Shown piece after piece: positions 17,281 to 27,459 of a stretch of 64,000 bases of DNA (within the stretch, counting starts at the first letter, position 1; every line of letters starts with the position of its first letter). The DNA comes from Candidatus Woesebacteria bacterium (GTDB lineage Bacteria > Patescibacteriota > Microgenomatia > UBA8517), in contig CP066686.1 in the NCBI GenBank assembly GCA_016432365.1, positions 355-64,354 of the forward strand, given 5' to 3'. Position numbers and translations under genes: made by a program. The notes beneath the pieces were generated by a model that was not told where the DNA came from, made no database searches, and saw only the letters and a program-made list of their open reading frames with translations.

Positions 17281-18180
17281 TCATTGTTTTCCCACAAAAT
17301 ACCCACCTACATAACTCGTTACATTTTCAGATTCTTTTCCACTTATATCAAATGAGTTTAGATTAGAAACCAACTTAAAGTCGGTATTGGTATTTTTTAA
17401 ATAGCCAAAAAGAAAAGCTGTACACTGTTTGCAATCATTTGTGATTAATCCCACATCCTCCAATCTTTTACTTGGCAATAAATCAATACTTTTTTGATCG
17501 TTTAATTTAGCATTTTCTACCGATGTGTAATGAGAAAAATCGCTACTTATGATCAAGGCAGTTTGATTTAAATTGACCATTCTTGAAACTCTTTCTCCTA
17601 ATTCATAAAAATATTTATAATCATTATTTTGTCTCAAAACCAATGGAACAACTTTTGTTTGAGGTAGCGATTTTTTAGCAAAAGGAATTAAAGTATATAT
17701 TCCGTGTTCAGATCTAAAAGTATTCATATCTAAGACAACCCGCTTCTCCCCTAAAATTCTATCTATCAATTTTCCTTCACTTTCCATTTCACCAAAAGGG
17801 GTTTGCCACGTGTTATTTGTAGTTTGAACATTAACCCCTGTTCCGGTAATTTGTTTAAAATGATCCGGCGAAATAATTATCACAGTTTTTAACTGTGTTG
17901 GATCAATCCCTGAAAATGTCTGCGCAATCAAATCTTTTGCCAAAAAATGGTGACTTGTTATAGCCGCCAATACTTTACTTTTTGATACTTCTTTAGATTT
18001 TGCAAAAGAATCTTCGTAGTCATTAACATTAATAAAATAACTTTCAAGAAATTCACTTTGCGGTTTTGTGTTTTTTACAGTTGTTCTATTAAATAGAATT
18101 GCTACAAACAATATTATTGAGACAAAGGCGAAAAAGATTTTTGTTTTTGTGAAGTTCACTTGTAAAGAGATTGACTCCAA
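17281..18180 (-). CDS. MEMO1/AmmeMemoRadiSam-B-like protein with an N-terminal membrane anchor
   Basis: ITSHHF...IISPDHF...SSDFSHY His-motif spacing resembles the Memo-like (class III extradiol dioxygenase-like) family. N-terminal TM helix. Confidence 0.45.
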   Translation of the reverse strand: MESISLQVNFTKTKIFFAFVSIILFVAILFNRTTVKNTKPQSEFLESYFINVNDYEDSFAKSKEVSKSKVLAAITSHHFLAKDLIAQTFSGIDPTQLKTVIIISPDHFKQITGTGVNVQTTNNTWQTPFGEMESEGKLIDRILGEKRVVLDMNTFRSEHGIYTLIPFAKKSLPQTKVVPLVLRQNNDYKYFYELGERVSRMVNLNQTALIISSDFSHYTSVENAKLNDQKSIDLLPSKRLEDVGLITNDCKQCTAFLFGYLKNTNTDFKLVSNLNSFDISGKESENVTSYVGGYFVGKQ

Positions 18181-20618
18181 TCCGGTATCGCCGGTAACAA
18201 AGATTTATCTTGAGTGTAATTAACTGCCCACCAGTCCTGATCCGTCAATCTTTTTCCGATAGGGGTATTGAATTCATAATAGTTAAACACCAATCCTTTG
18301 GTTAATCTGGTCCCATTTGCATCTTTAACTGCTACGTAAATATAATTTGGAATTCCATCCGCTTCATACAAAATCTGGTTCTTTTTGATATCGGTCTGGA
18401 CATCTGCAATCAGAGCGCTTCTTGCGTCCTTTTCATGAGCTTCCTCGCCGGGCAGAGCGCTCAAGATAAAACTCATGTATCCCGCCTCTGTCCTAAGCTT
18501 CTCGAAATCGTCATCGGAAATGGTTTCATTTTGTAATTCTTTAACGGCCATCGCTTTAAAAAAGTTAAGTGATTTTATAAATGAGTTACTACGACTAACG
18601 AAGATTCCATTTATCAAATCACGACTTTTTAATCCGTCCTCGGTCATTTGCGCAAGCGCAATCAATCTGTCGAAAAAGGGAATGTTCGGTTCAACATATC
18701 CTTTCGGTACAGGTGGCGGGGTTGGTGGCTCGCCCCCCCCTCCCATTTCTGAATATGATTGTTTCGCATAAAGAAGTGTGTCGTGTTTAAGTTCCGTCCA
18801 AGACCCAAGTGATGCCTGTAAATTTTTTAAATTCCAGGAATCGTTTTTAACAAACATCGGGTAACCGGATTTATTTATATCTCCCGTATATAAAGATTTT
18901 ATTGTGTATAACCATCCCCAATAAATATTTTGGGTCCATATGTCTGTAGAGATTTTTGAAAATTTGTCTTTCAATGCGGCTAAATTGTTACCTAAAACTC
19001 TGTCGGACTCCGGCGCGTTAGCAGAAATCCAGTTAAGAACCATTGGGTCTGCAGTTTTGTTTCCCATCACAGACATCACCATTAATGCAGTTGTAGAACT
19101 AGGCAGTCTTTGCCCGGTTACAGGATCCGGTGCCTCATCCCCTTGAGTTAACGAAGTAAAAATAAAGGCATCGGGTGTAAATCTTTGACCCATAAACCTG
19201 AATCCCTTTGTTTTGTTTACCAACTCTCCTTTAGATGAACCAAAAACATCGTTACCTACCAAAACACTGGACATTATTTGCGGACCCTGATAATTTTTCA
19301 TATCTTCCTGAATCTTGGCAACAGTATTTTTATCAATAGATTTATCGCCCAATTTGCTCAAACTGGTGTTGTATTCATATATGCCCAAATCGTCTGATTT
19401 TCCAACTAAAAACGCCGTCGGTATATAAATACTTTCCCAATTTTTTAATTGTCCGGAATTTTTTGTAAGTAAACTGATATTTATGCCGTCCCGTGTCAGC
19501 TCTGTACTTTTCAGAGCAAAATTGCTTCTGCCGTACCACATCATGGCTCTAAAATAACTTCGCAAAATTGAATTTTTATTGTAATGGCTCCTAGGAGTAA
19601 ATTGGGTATAGTCCTGAGGATTGACTAACCCGGCAGCAGACAAAAATTCATCAAACAGAGGTGAAGGAGAAATGGTTGCTGAGGCGAGTATTAGGTTAAT
19701 TTCTGCTTTTGCTTTAGTGTAGGAATATGCAGGGATTCTCGATTTAAGATCGTCGAGATTCTTGAGAATATTTTCGTTGGTATCAACTTTTTGATCAACG
19801 GTTGTGTCTTGAGCCATCTCATCGAAAGCTGCATCAAGTATCGCTTTTGGAACAGCAAAAAAAGCAATTATTCTTTCATAACTCGCCTTATTCTCCGGAT
19901 TACTTTGATTTGAATAATCTTTAATTGCTTTATTTAACACACTGTCCGTAATCTCTTTTAAAGCAGGGTACAATTTTTTATTCTCTAAATATTCAAACTC
20001 TTTTTCCAAAAGTTTGTGATATACATGCAGCAAAAAGTCCGAAGTAATAAATACTGAATTTTCGGGAGCTCTCTCCCAAATTGCCCCACCGCCAATGCGG
20101 GCGTAGAGCGATGTCCAATCATCATTTCTTTGGGAGACGCTGTCCGGATCGTCATTCCAAAATTTGTCCAGGTTTTGAGTTATAAAAAAATTTTCACCCG
20201 CAATTGCCGCCTTTTGATTATCGGTAAATTGTTTTTTTAGACTTTGCTCAAAGTTGGTTATGTTATAAAGATCCGGAATGGAAATTTGATATTCTGGGAG
20301 TGAGGGCTTGAATGGGGTATTTATCAAATTGTATTTGGCAAAATCAAAATTTATTTTGTAGTTAACGTCCCCCACCCCATTCTCGGTTGTGTTGAGAGAT
20401 GTTGCATTTTGAAAAAAAAGCGCTTTGTTTTTGTTTCCTATAAACTTCAGATATAGCGAGGGGATAATCAAAAGTAGTGCCAGAACAATTAGACCCGGAA
20501 TAATTATGTTTTTCCTGTCCAAAAAGAAATTTGTTAGCGGGTTAGCCTTCTTACCCGGACCCACTCTAGGTTTGTCTACAACTTTTTCCGATTCCGTCAC
20601 TTTTGAAGTATCGTCCAT
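18156..20618 (-). CDS. Large hypothetical extracellular/membrane-anchored protein (820 aa)
   Basis: An N-terminal TM helix and then a long soluble domain. It overlaps the downstream Memo-like gene by 25 nt, so they look operonic. Confidence 0.55.
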   Translation of the reverse strand: MDDTSKVTESEKVVDKPRVGPGKKANPLTNFFLDRKNIIIPGLIVLALLLIIPSLYLKFIGNKNKALFFQNATSLNTTENGVGDVNYKINFDFAKYNLINTPFKPSLPEYQISIPDLYNITNFEQSLKKQFTDNQKAAIAGENFFITQNLDKFWNDDPDSVSQRNDDWTSLYARIGGGAIWERAPENSVFITSDFLLHVYHKLLEKEFEYLENKKLYPALKEITDSVLNKAIKDYSNQSNPENKASYERIIAFFAVPKAILDAAFDEMAQDTTVDQKVDTNENILKNLDDLKSRIPAYSYTKAKAEINLILASATISPSPLFDEFLSAAGLVNPQDYTQFTPRSHYNKNSILRSYFRAMMWYGRSNFALKSTELTRDGINISLLTKNSGQLKNWESIYIPTAFLVGKSDDLGIYEYNTSLSKLGDKSIDKNTVAKIQEDMKNYQGPQIMSSVLVGNDVFGSSKGELVNKTKGFRFMGQRFTPDAFIFTSLTQGDEAPDPVTGQRLPSSTTALMVMSVMGNKTADPMVLNWISANAPESDRVLGNNLAALKDKFSKISTDIWTQNIYWGWLYTIKSLYTGDINKSGYPMFVKNDSWNLKNLQASLGSWTELKHDTLLYAKQSYSEMGGGGEPPTPPPVPKGYVEPNIPFFDRLIALAQMTEDGLKSRDLINGIFVSRSNSFIKSLNFFKAMAVKELQNETISDDDFEKLRTEAGYMSFILSALPGEEAHEKDARSALIADVQTDIKKNQILYEADGIPNYIYVAVKDANGTRLTKGLVFNYYEFNTPIGKRLTDQDWWAVNYTQDKSLLPAIPDWSQSLYK

Positions 20619-20665
20619 CTAATAAATATTAACATATTTTGAAATTTTGATCTGGCCTTAACTAA

Positions 20666-21619
20666 ATGTATAATTCCCCCGTGACTACCGAAAACAAAGA
20701 CAAATTGGTTGGGAAGTCCGTAGAGACGGTCTTTTTTGGTGACACAAAATCCCAACTTGAGGCTTTCTGGAAGCTCGGCAGCCTTGGTGAACTGGGGTCT
20801 GCCACCCAAATTGAGCTCCCGGAAAAAGCTTTTGTTTATGTGCAAACGAAACGGGATGAATCTGACCTTACAGGTAAGGAATATGGGGCAATGCTAGGTT
20901 TTGATGCTAACGGTGTAAGTATTTATAACGAACGGGAAAGCCGAAAATCTATAAGGGACTTTGTCGGAAACAGCTTCGTCAACACCATGGAGCTGTCTGT
21001 GGAATACGGCAACATAGTCGAAACCAGTGTAGGAAGATTCTTTAAAAAGACAGACCCCATTCTTTTCCATACTCATGTGACATTGGGCGAAAATGACATC
21101 AAAAGCGCCCAAATCGGGCTTTCCGACGGAACCACGCTAAAAATTTCCCAAGAAGCCATTATCAAGTATGTAAGCTATCAGATAGAGGGGTTCTCATCCG
21201 CCGACCTGGATAATTTGTTTAGTAGGAACAGGGAAACCGCCTCATTACTTTTATCTACCCCTACTCGGACAATTTATGTTGCACCTCCGGAATTATTTGT
21301 CAACAAAGGATATACAAAATTTAGTAAATTTCTAAAGGAATATGAAGATCAGATGCTTACACTGGATTTGGCAGCCTCTATTTCCCTGCTGGGACTGGAG
21401 CCGGATTTTTATTTTGATTCGCTTAAAAAATCACAAAAAAGAATATTTTTGAAGATAATTGACGATGCCAAATATATGGCAAAAAGAAAACCAGGCCTTG
21501 CCAAACTTATGGATATGAAAGATGCAATCTTGGTTAAAATAATGAATTCTGCTGGTTTCCAAGTATTCGCCTCGGAAGGTGATGACAAAAAAGTTCTAAA
21601 AAGGCTAAAAAATAACTAA
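20666..21619 (+). CDS. Hypothetical protein (317 aa)
   Basis: ORF divergent from 18156..20618. Confidence 0.5.
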   Translation: MYNSPVTTENKDKLVGKSVETVFFGDTKSQLEAFWKLGSLGELGSATQIELPEKAFVYVQTKRDESDLTGKEYGAMLGFDANGVSIYNERESRKSIRDFVGNSFVNTMELSVEYGNIVETSVGRFFKKTDPILFHTHVTLGENDIKSAQIGLSDGTTLKISQEAIIKYVSYQIEGFSSADLDNLFSRNRETASLLLSTPTRTIYVAPPELFVNKGYTKFSKFLKEYEDQMLTLDLAASISLLGLEPDFYFDSLKKSQKRIFLKIIDDAKYMAKRKPGLAKLMDMKDAILVKIMNSAGFQVFASEGDDKKVLKRLKNN

Positions 21620-21711
21620 TTTTAGGTGCCAATTAAGGCCGATGCCCAGTTTTTGAGGGCAAGTTCCTTCATTCCGGTGATATTGACATAATCAGATAGA
21701 GTAGATAAATT

Positions 21712-22524
21712 TTAAAAACTAACCGAAATTGTAGAAAGAACAGCTTTAGTCATCTCGTGCAATTCCCTTCCAGAAAAAACACTCTCCTTAATATCTGTAC
21801 CTCTAAGAACTTTCAAAGCTTCTTGCATTCCTTGCCCATTAAACACATCCGACTTAAGTAAGGATTTTGGTCCATGGACCAAACGGCCTCGAGGAACTGC
21901 CAGGGTTACCTTGAGATCATGACCAATCTTTATACCACCATTTTCTTTTACAAAACCCAATCCATTTCGTTTGAGTTCTGGGTAGGGGATTTTTTTTGCA
22001 TCTTCTATGGCACCCTTTAGATTTGTAATGAAACTTGCAAGTTGGCGGACCTCCCGATTGCCTAAAAACCCTGCTTTTGCTTCCACAACTTTGGTAATAT
22101 AACCCGCCTGAGTAATACCCAAAAAATCAGGATTGGATAAACTTTCTCTTCCCTCATCAGTAAACCGAAACACCCCCGGATTGGCAAGCAAAGTCCTCAA
22201 CCTCTTCGCCTCTTCAGCCTCTTCAAAACAAATCTTAAAGTCGGACCGGACCAAAAGTTCAAATAGCGCGCCGGCTACTAAAACCTCAGGGTCAACCACA
22301 CCATCTCGTAAATAAGTATCCGCGCTCACGGCTCCTATAATTTCAGTCTCGGAATCAGAAGGTAATCTGGCAATTACAAGCTGTTGAGCGTTCCAAATTT
22401 CGTCACCAATTTTTTCCTCTCTATGGTACTCCAACAACGTTTCTTTTAACACAAATTTCAAGTCTGGTTTTTGTGTATGTTCTTTCTTAGAAGGTTCCAT
22501 AAGTAAGTTATACCATTTTTTCAA
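21712..22524 (-). CDS. Hypothetical protein (270 aa)
   Basis: ORF only. Confidence 0.5.
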   Translation of the reverse strand: MKKWYNLLMEPSKKEHTQKPDLKFVLKETLLEYHREEKIGDEIWNAQQLVIARLPSDSETEIIGAVSADTYLRDGVVDPEVLVAGALFELLVRSDFKICFEEAEEAKRLRTLLANPGVFRFTDEGRESLSNPDFLGITQAGYITKVVEAKAGFLGNREVRQLASFITNLKGAIEDAKKIPYPELKRNGLGFVKENGGIKIGHDLKVTLAVPRGRLVHGPKSLLKSDVFNGQGMQEALKVLRGTDIKESVFSGRELHEMTKAVLSTISVSF

Positions 22525-22773
22525 ATACTAAAAACCACCCAATTTTTATGAAAATCGCAAGATAAAGTTGCAGACATAAAATTGGATGGACACAGAATGG
22601 ACAAGTCCTTTCCGATAAAGGTGAACAAATAGGAGTCTATGATCGTATTTTGGAATGGGGAGGAGAATCGCAGAAAGAACAGCAAATGATTATCTTTATA
22701 TCAAAATCTGCTTCAAAATGAAGGGTTTTGTAAGGTTTCGTCGTTTGCAAGCAACTGTTTTTTGTAATACTAT

Positions 22774-23349
22774 ATGCATATGGATGTCGACAAGGCAACA
22801 AAAAGAGAGGAAATTTTAAGCCATTTCCCCAGCAGTGTGGATGTAAATGAACTATCAGCCCTGCTTTTGAAACACCACGACGAGCTTAAGGAGTATTGCG
22901 GCAAAAACGTATTGCCTGCTTTAAACAAATTTGCCAAGGAACAAGAGGCTCCGCAACAAGAACTTCATGACCAAGGTAAATATTTGACAATTCGGTTTTC
23001 AAAAGATGCCGTTAATTTAAAAGGGTTGCCTGGCTATGGTGACAAATTAGGGGTCGATCCAAGAGAAATTGTGAAATCGTTGTCAAAGGTTTGGGAAATT
23101 ATGAATGAAGGATGGGGAATGGACCCGTATTTCGATGGCTCAAACATTAAAGCTCTAACTCTCACCCGAGTAGAAAACATGACCTTAGATTTTGATGGTA
23201 AAGAAACTGTCGCCCCGGCATTCCGTTACAAAGTAGGTCCAGACGGACCAACAGCGGAGGATATTGAGAAAATTGTAAATGTAATAAAGAAAGGAAGAGA
23301 AATACTTCAAGGCTCTTCATCTACAACCGGCGGTTTAATTGAGGTCTAA
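22774..23349 (+). CDS. Hypothetical protein (191 aa)
   Basis: ORF only. Confidence 0.5.
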   Translation: MHMDVDKATKREEILSHFPSSVDVNELSALLLKHHDELKEYCGKNVLPALNKFAKEQEAPQQELHDQGKYLTIRFSKDAVNLKGLPGYGDKLGVDPREIVKSLSKVWEIMNEGWGMDPYFDGSNIKALTLTRVENMTLDFDGKETVAPAFRYKVGPDGPTAEDIEKIVNVIKKGREILQGSSSTTGGLIEV

Positions 23350-23457
23350 TCCGGTCTAACTTCAAAAATATTAGCCGGGGGACAAGGATTCGCCGTACAC
23401 AACATGGAATTCCTTAGCAGGTACTATCGAATCACTGGCAACCGGCGAACGAAGTGA

Positions 23458-23528
23458 GCTGGGGGACAGGGATTCGAACCCCGATAAACAACTCCAAAGG
23501 CTGCTGTCCTACCATTAGACGATCCCCC
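23458..23528 (-). tRNA. tRNA-Gln (anticodon UUG)
   Basis: The minus strand reads TGGGGGATCGTCTAATGGTAGGAC-A-GCAGC-CTTTGGA-GTTGT...GGGGTTCGAATCCC...TCCCCCAG. The acceptor stem pairs, T-loop is TTCGAAT, anticodon loop is CU-UUG-GA, and the ends resemble E. coli tRNA-Gln (TGGGG....CCCCAG). Confidence 0.65.
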
Positions 23529-23739
23529 ATTGTCGGAATGAGTATCGCTAACGGTTTATCGCTGACGCTTAAACCTTTTCGCTTTACTATTCCTCCTCTC
23601 AAAATTCTTACAGAATTTTGTCTTTTAGAACACAAAATTTGCATTCGCAAATTTTGAGAGGAGCGATCGACGAAAAGCTGAAGTTTCAAGCTTAAATTTA
23701 TTAAGCGAGAAACGAAAGCAGTCGTCGCATTCGCGACGA

Positions 23740-23811
23740 GTGACCTCACTGGGACTCGAACCCAGGTAATCAGGCTGAAAACCTGATGTCCTAACCGCTA
23801 GACGATGAGGC
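23740..23811 (-). tRNA. tRNA-Glu (anticodon UUC)
   Basis: The minus strand reads GGCCTCATCGTCTAGCGGTTAGGAC-A-TCAGG-TTTTCAG-CCTGA-...-GGGTTCGAGTCCC...TGAGGTCA. D-arm is GTCTAG.GG..AGGAC, as in tRNA-Glu. Confidence 0.7.
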
Positions 23812-23944
23812 CAAGTAAACTTGGCATATATCTTCAGTGTCCCCAGCAAAATTTGTAAAACAAATTTTGAGAGGAGGAGCCAACCGCAAATAGCGAAGTT
23901 TCTGAATTTTCAGAAACAAAGCGCTTAGGTTGTACTCCGACGAG

Positions 23945-24016
23945 TGAGCCCTCTGGGACTCGAACCCAGAACCGCTTCCTTAAAAGGGAATTGCTCTACC
24001 ATTGAGCTAAGGGCCC
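23945..24016 (-). tRNA. tRNA-Lys (anticodon UUU)
   Basis: The minus strand reads GGGCCCTTAGCTCAATGGTAGAGC-A-ATTCC-CTTTTAA-GGAAG...GGGTTCGAGTCCC...AGGGCTCA. TTAGCTCA.TGGTAGAGCA and CTTTTAA match tRNA-Lys(UUU). Confidence 0.7.
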
Positions 24017-24059
24017 TTGAACCTTGTGAGAGGACACTTAGTGAAATGGCAAACTTGTT

Positions 24060-24079
24060 TACCATTGAGCTAAGGGCCC
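24060..24079 (-). repeat. Exact 20-nt duplicate of the tRNA-Lys 5' end (orphan tRNA fragment)
   Basis: taccattgagctaagggccc at 23997-24016 (inside the tRNA) is repeated identically at 24060-24079. Confidence 0.6.
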
Positions 24080-24180
24080 TAAAACTCACGAAAGGTATTC
24101 TCACAAACTCGAGGCTAATTATAGCGTATTTTGTTGGACTACTCCACTTTATTTGAAATCGAACTCAGTTTTGAAGGACT

Positions 24181-24438
24181 TTATGCGTTTTTGCGCGCAG
24201 CGAAGGTGGCTTTTCTTAGAAGTTCTCTTTTTTCCTGCTCATCTTTAATAACCAATCTCTTCCTTTTTTCTTCTTTGAGAACCTGGTCTACCTTTTTCTG
24301 ACATTCAGAATCGGAGCAGGCTGTAATTGTATACATCACGACCGAAGTTTCCACCTTTTCCTCGTATGTCTCCACAACAACTCTGGGCTTTCCGCACCTG
24401 GTACACACGCTTCCTGTTAGATTTTTTGATGCTGTCAT
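24181..24438 (-). CDS. Small zinc-ribbon protein with a Lys/Glu-rich C-terminus
   Basis: CTRCG...CSDSEC forms a CxxC...CxxxC pair; abuts the RRM gene. Confidence 0.5.
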   Translation of the reverse strand: MTASKNLTGSVCTRCGKPRVVVETYEEKVETSVVMYTITACSDSECQKKVDQVLKEEKRKRLVIKDEQEKRELLRKATFAARKNA

Positions 24439-24702
24439 TTAATTATGTTCCCTCTTTTCCTGAGGTTTAGCCTCGGCAACAACTAACTTTCTGCCCCCAA
24501 AATCAGTATCATTCAGCATTTGAATAGCCTTGGCAGCTTCCTCCTCTGTCTCCATCTCGATAAAGCCAAAACCCTTGGATTTACCTGTAAATTTGTCGAT
24601 TATGATTGTGGAAGAAACCACAACCCCAGCCTGAGAGAAAAGAGTCGCCAGCTCTTCTTGGGTGGTTGCAAAAGGAATCCCTGCTACGAATAGTTTCTTC
24701 AT
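24439..24702 (-). CDS. RNA-binding protein with an RRM (RNP-1/RNP-2) domain
   Basis: LFVAGIP (RNP-2) and KGFGFIEM (RNP-1) are both present. Confidence 0.8.
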   Translation of the reverse strand: MKKLFVAGIPFATTQEELATLFSQAGVVVSSTIIIDKFTGKSKGFGFIEMETEEEAAKAIQMLNDTDFGGRKLVVAEAKPQEKREHN

Positions 24703-24859
24703 TAATTGGTGACTGGGCTCATTATACCATATTTTTGGGATAAATGTTGCTTAATCCCTATAGTTTTGACTATCCCCAAACAATAAGGTAGAATTTCATC
24801 TTCTTAGATTGCGCACGTTAATACAAAAAATAACTAACCCAAACTGAAAGGAGGTTAGA

Positions 24860-25579
24860 TTGAAAAAGTTCTTTTACGGTCTGGTGGAAGCTATTTTTAG
24901 CATCCGCCATTACATAGCAATTGGTGTGATGCGGCTTATACCTGCACAACCCCACCCCACGCCATATACTATTTTTACATGGCAAATATTCTTCCGCGAT
25001 CTAAAGTGGAGGCATATCATATTGGGGACAATAGGAGTCGGGTGTACGATGGGGTTATTAAACCTCTTTTGGGACCACATGCCATTGGGCCAATACTCGT
25101 TACTATCGTCTATCACCACGTTTGTTGACTTCGTGGTTCTAAAGATAACAGGGCACAAGGCTCAACCCATCCTGTCCTATATCATCATTGCGATACTTGT
25201 GGCTGGCAAAGCTCCCAGATTATTTCCTGGAAATGTAGTCGGCAAAGGTGTTCCTTTTTGGGCAATGAGAGAAGAGATGGTCTTTAGATTCGGAGCAGAA
25301 AGATGGAATCCTGTACAAAAGTTCCGCTCCGCCTTGGCATTTGGGCTTATTCACTTTGACAACATCATCTACCCGCTAGCCGCCTGTTTTGCGTTTTTGT
25401 TTAGTGGTTTGTACCTTACAGCCATCTATGTGCACACATACAAGAAAACCGGGTCAACCTATTTGGCGCTAAAAGAATCGGCAATTGTGCACGCCGTTCA
25501 CAATATCATAGCGTTCATTATAGTTGGTTGTATTCTGACCTACTTTCTCGCACAAGTTGTTGTGATCCTGCTAAATTAG
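24860..25579 (+). CDS. CPBP family intramembrane glutamic endopeptidase (CAAX protease/Abi-like)
   Basis: EEMVFRFG (EExxxR), FGLIHF (FxxxH) and HAVHN (HxxxN) lie in TM helices. Confidence 0.75.
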   Translation: MKKFFYGLVEAIFSIRHYIAIGVMRLIPAQPHPTPYTIFTWQIFFRDLKWRHIILGTIGVGCTMGLLNLFWDHMPLGQYSLLSSITTFVDFVVLKITGHKAQPILSYIIIAILVAGKAPRLFPGNVVGKGVPFWAMREEMVFRFGAERWNPVQKFRSALAFGLIHFDNIIYPLAACFAFLFSGLYLTAIYVHTYKKTGSTYLALKESAIVHAVHNIIAFIIVGCILTYFLAQVVVILLN

Positions 25580-25602
25580 CACTCTAAGAAAAATACCGCC
25601 TT

Positions 25603-26283
25603 GTGGCTTTCAAACCATCAGGCGGTTTTTTGTGGCTAAATTTCGGCCCTTTTGATATAATTTCATTTGTGGATAAACTGTTTAGTTTCCTTGGAGCAAG
25701 AAAAGACAGAGAAACAAGTATCGAAATCTCTCTAACCCCAGGTGCTTCAGACCATCTGAAACGTATGATATTGCGTCCAAACCCCGAATTAGCTGAGTTT
25801 GGTTTCTTTGGACTCGGGCAGAATGGAACGATCGATCAAATATTAGACTTGGACGAAAAAGATCTATCGTATAAAAATGGGCTCACCCACAGTCTTGGTG
25901 GTTTCAGCTCAAATGTTGGTGGCAATGAGTGGAATGGGTTAGTTCAAAAATTAATACAATCAGGCAGAAGAGGAGATTTCCTTGTTTTTGGACATTTCCA
26001 CCCAAGTGGAACGAAAAGAATTGCTGGGGCAACTTATCACATTGATCCAGGCGAGGCCCTTCTAGTTCCATCCGGGGGTAGCTTAAGAGATCCAACCACG
26101 GGTGGAGATATTGGATTTTTCAAAGCATTAACGGAACTTAATCCAAATTTAGTCCCATATATGGGTATTGCAGCCAACACCAAATCTGGTCCAAAACTTA
26201 GAATTTATGAAATCGATAAGTTAATTAAAATTAGACGTTACAACGATATTGACCATGTCCCCCAAACCACAATCGACCTGTAA
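25603..26283 (+). CDS. Hypothetical protein with a weak JAB/MPN-like H-x-H-P-S-G signature
   Basis: GDFLVFGHFHPSG resembles the JAMM/RadC core (E..H.HP.SG) but the downstream S..D is not evident. The start may be an internal Met. Confidence 0.35.
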   Translation: MAFKPSGGFLWLNFGPFDIISFVDKLFSFLGARKDRETSIEISLTPGASDHLKRMILRPNPELAEFGFFGLGQNGTIDQILDLDEKDLSYKNGLTHSLGGFSSNVGGNEWNGLVQKLIQSGRRGDFLVFGHFHPSGTKRIAGATYHIDPGEALLVPSGGSLRDPTTGGDIGFFKALTELNPNLVPYMGIAANTKSGPKLRIYEIDKLIKIRRYNDIDHVPQTTIDL

Positions 26284-26583
26284 CCGGTCAATCTTGGGTG
26301 TCTAAAGATCTTCGTCCTCAAACTCACTACATCAAATCCCATTTTGATATTTCAGTTTAATCCCAATTGAATTTTGAGATTCATTTTTAGTCCTCAAAAC
26401 CCACATCAACTTTTTAGCCTGAAACGAAAGGAGAGAATTCAATTAAGAAGCAAAAGCAGCCCTCGCTTGACGAAGGAGCAATCTTTTGCATAACAATGAA
26501 CGACTGGGGTGACTGGCTAAAAATGTTGCGGTGGCGTCTTTCTTTCTCACATTTCTTGGACGAGTAAGAAATGGGAAAGAAAT

Positions 26584-27459
26584 ATGGCCATTTTTCGGCC
26601 AAAAATGTATAATACGACTATGAGCGACAGAATAGTGACAGATTTGCAATCTAGGTTTATAGAAAAAATTGCCCGAGATGAACGTAGCTTAACTGAAACG
26701 CTATCGTTGATTTTAACCCCATCTGAGTTGGAAGAACGCAAAAAGTTTAGAAGACTAATGTCCGACAGTGTCTATAATTTTAGTCCATACCGTTTGTTAC
26801 CTGAGAAGGGTCATAAATTATCCAATTTTTTATTTGGCAAACCAGTATCTTCGTCAAACATGAACCAAGCGGAACTAAGAATCAATTTAGAACTTGCAAA
26901 ACAACAACCCTGGGACATTTTTTCGCGATATAAACAAATCAAAGGCTCTTCCGAATTCAGATCCGAGTCATATCAACTCGAGTCTATCCGATTTGGTTCT
27001 AATAGAGGAAATTATCTTCATTTTGAACCATATAATATAGATAACGACACAGATCCACTGGAATTCAGAAAGCATTTACTTGAAGTTCAGGCCCCCATCA
27101 CCCATCCCATGTATATATGGATGCTGGGCACCAAAAAATTAATTTACGCCGTCGAAAACAAATTATTAAAATTGACAGCTCCAGGCATTATCACCGCAAA
27201 AACTAATACGATTCATGCCACTTTTCTTAAAAATTTTGGTTTTGAAGATATGGGCGAAGGAGTTGCAATTGAATATCCAAAGCTCAGAGATAAATTTCAA
27301 GATGTGTTAGCTAACGACGAAAGAGTTAAACGCATTGTATCTTCAGGCGAATCTGTTTATCAAAGAGCGCACGCATTCGTACCAGAATATCTTGACCTCC
27401 CGCGAGAAGTTGCAGATTCAACTGATTTTTGGAAATGGTATTTCAAATACAAACAATGA
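26584..27459 (+). CDS. Hypothetical protein (291 aa)
   Basis: The ORF's TGA overlaps the ATG of the downstream methyltransferase gene (ATGA coupling). Confidence 0.5.
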   Translation: MAIFRPKMYNTTMSDRIVTDLQSRFIEKIARDERSLTETLSLILTPSELEERKKFRRLMSDSVYNFSPYRLLPEKGHKLSNFLFGKPVSSSNMNQAELRINLELAKQQPWDIFSRYKQIKGSSEFRSESYQLESIRFGSNRGNYLHFEPYNIDNDTDPLEFRKHLLEVQAPITHPMYIWMLGTKKLIYAVENKLLKLTAPGIITAKTNTIHATFLKNFGFEDMGEGVAIEYPKLRDKFQDVLANDERVKRIVSSGESVYQRAHAFVPEYLDLPREVADSTDFWKWYFKYKQ

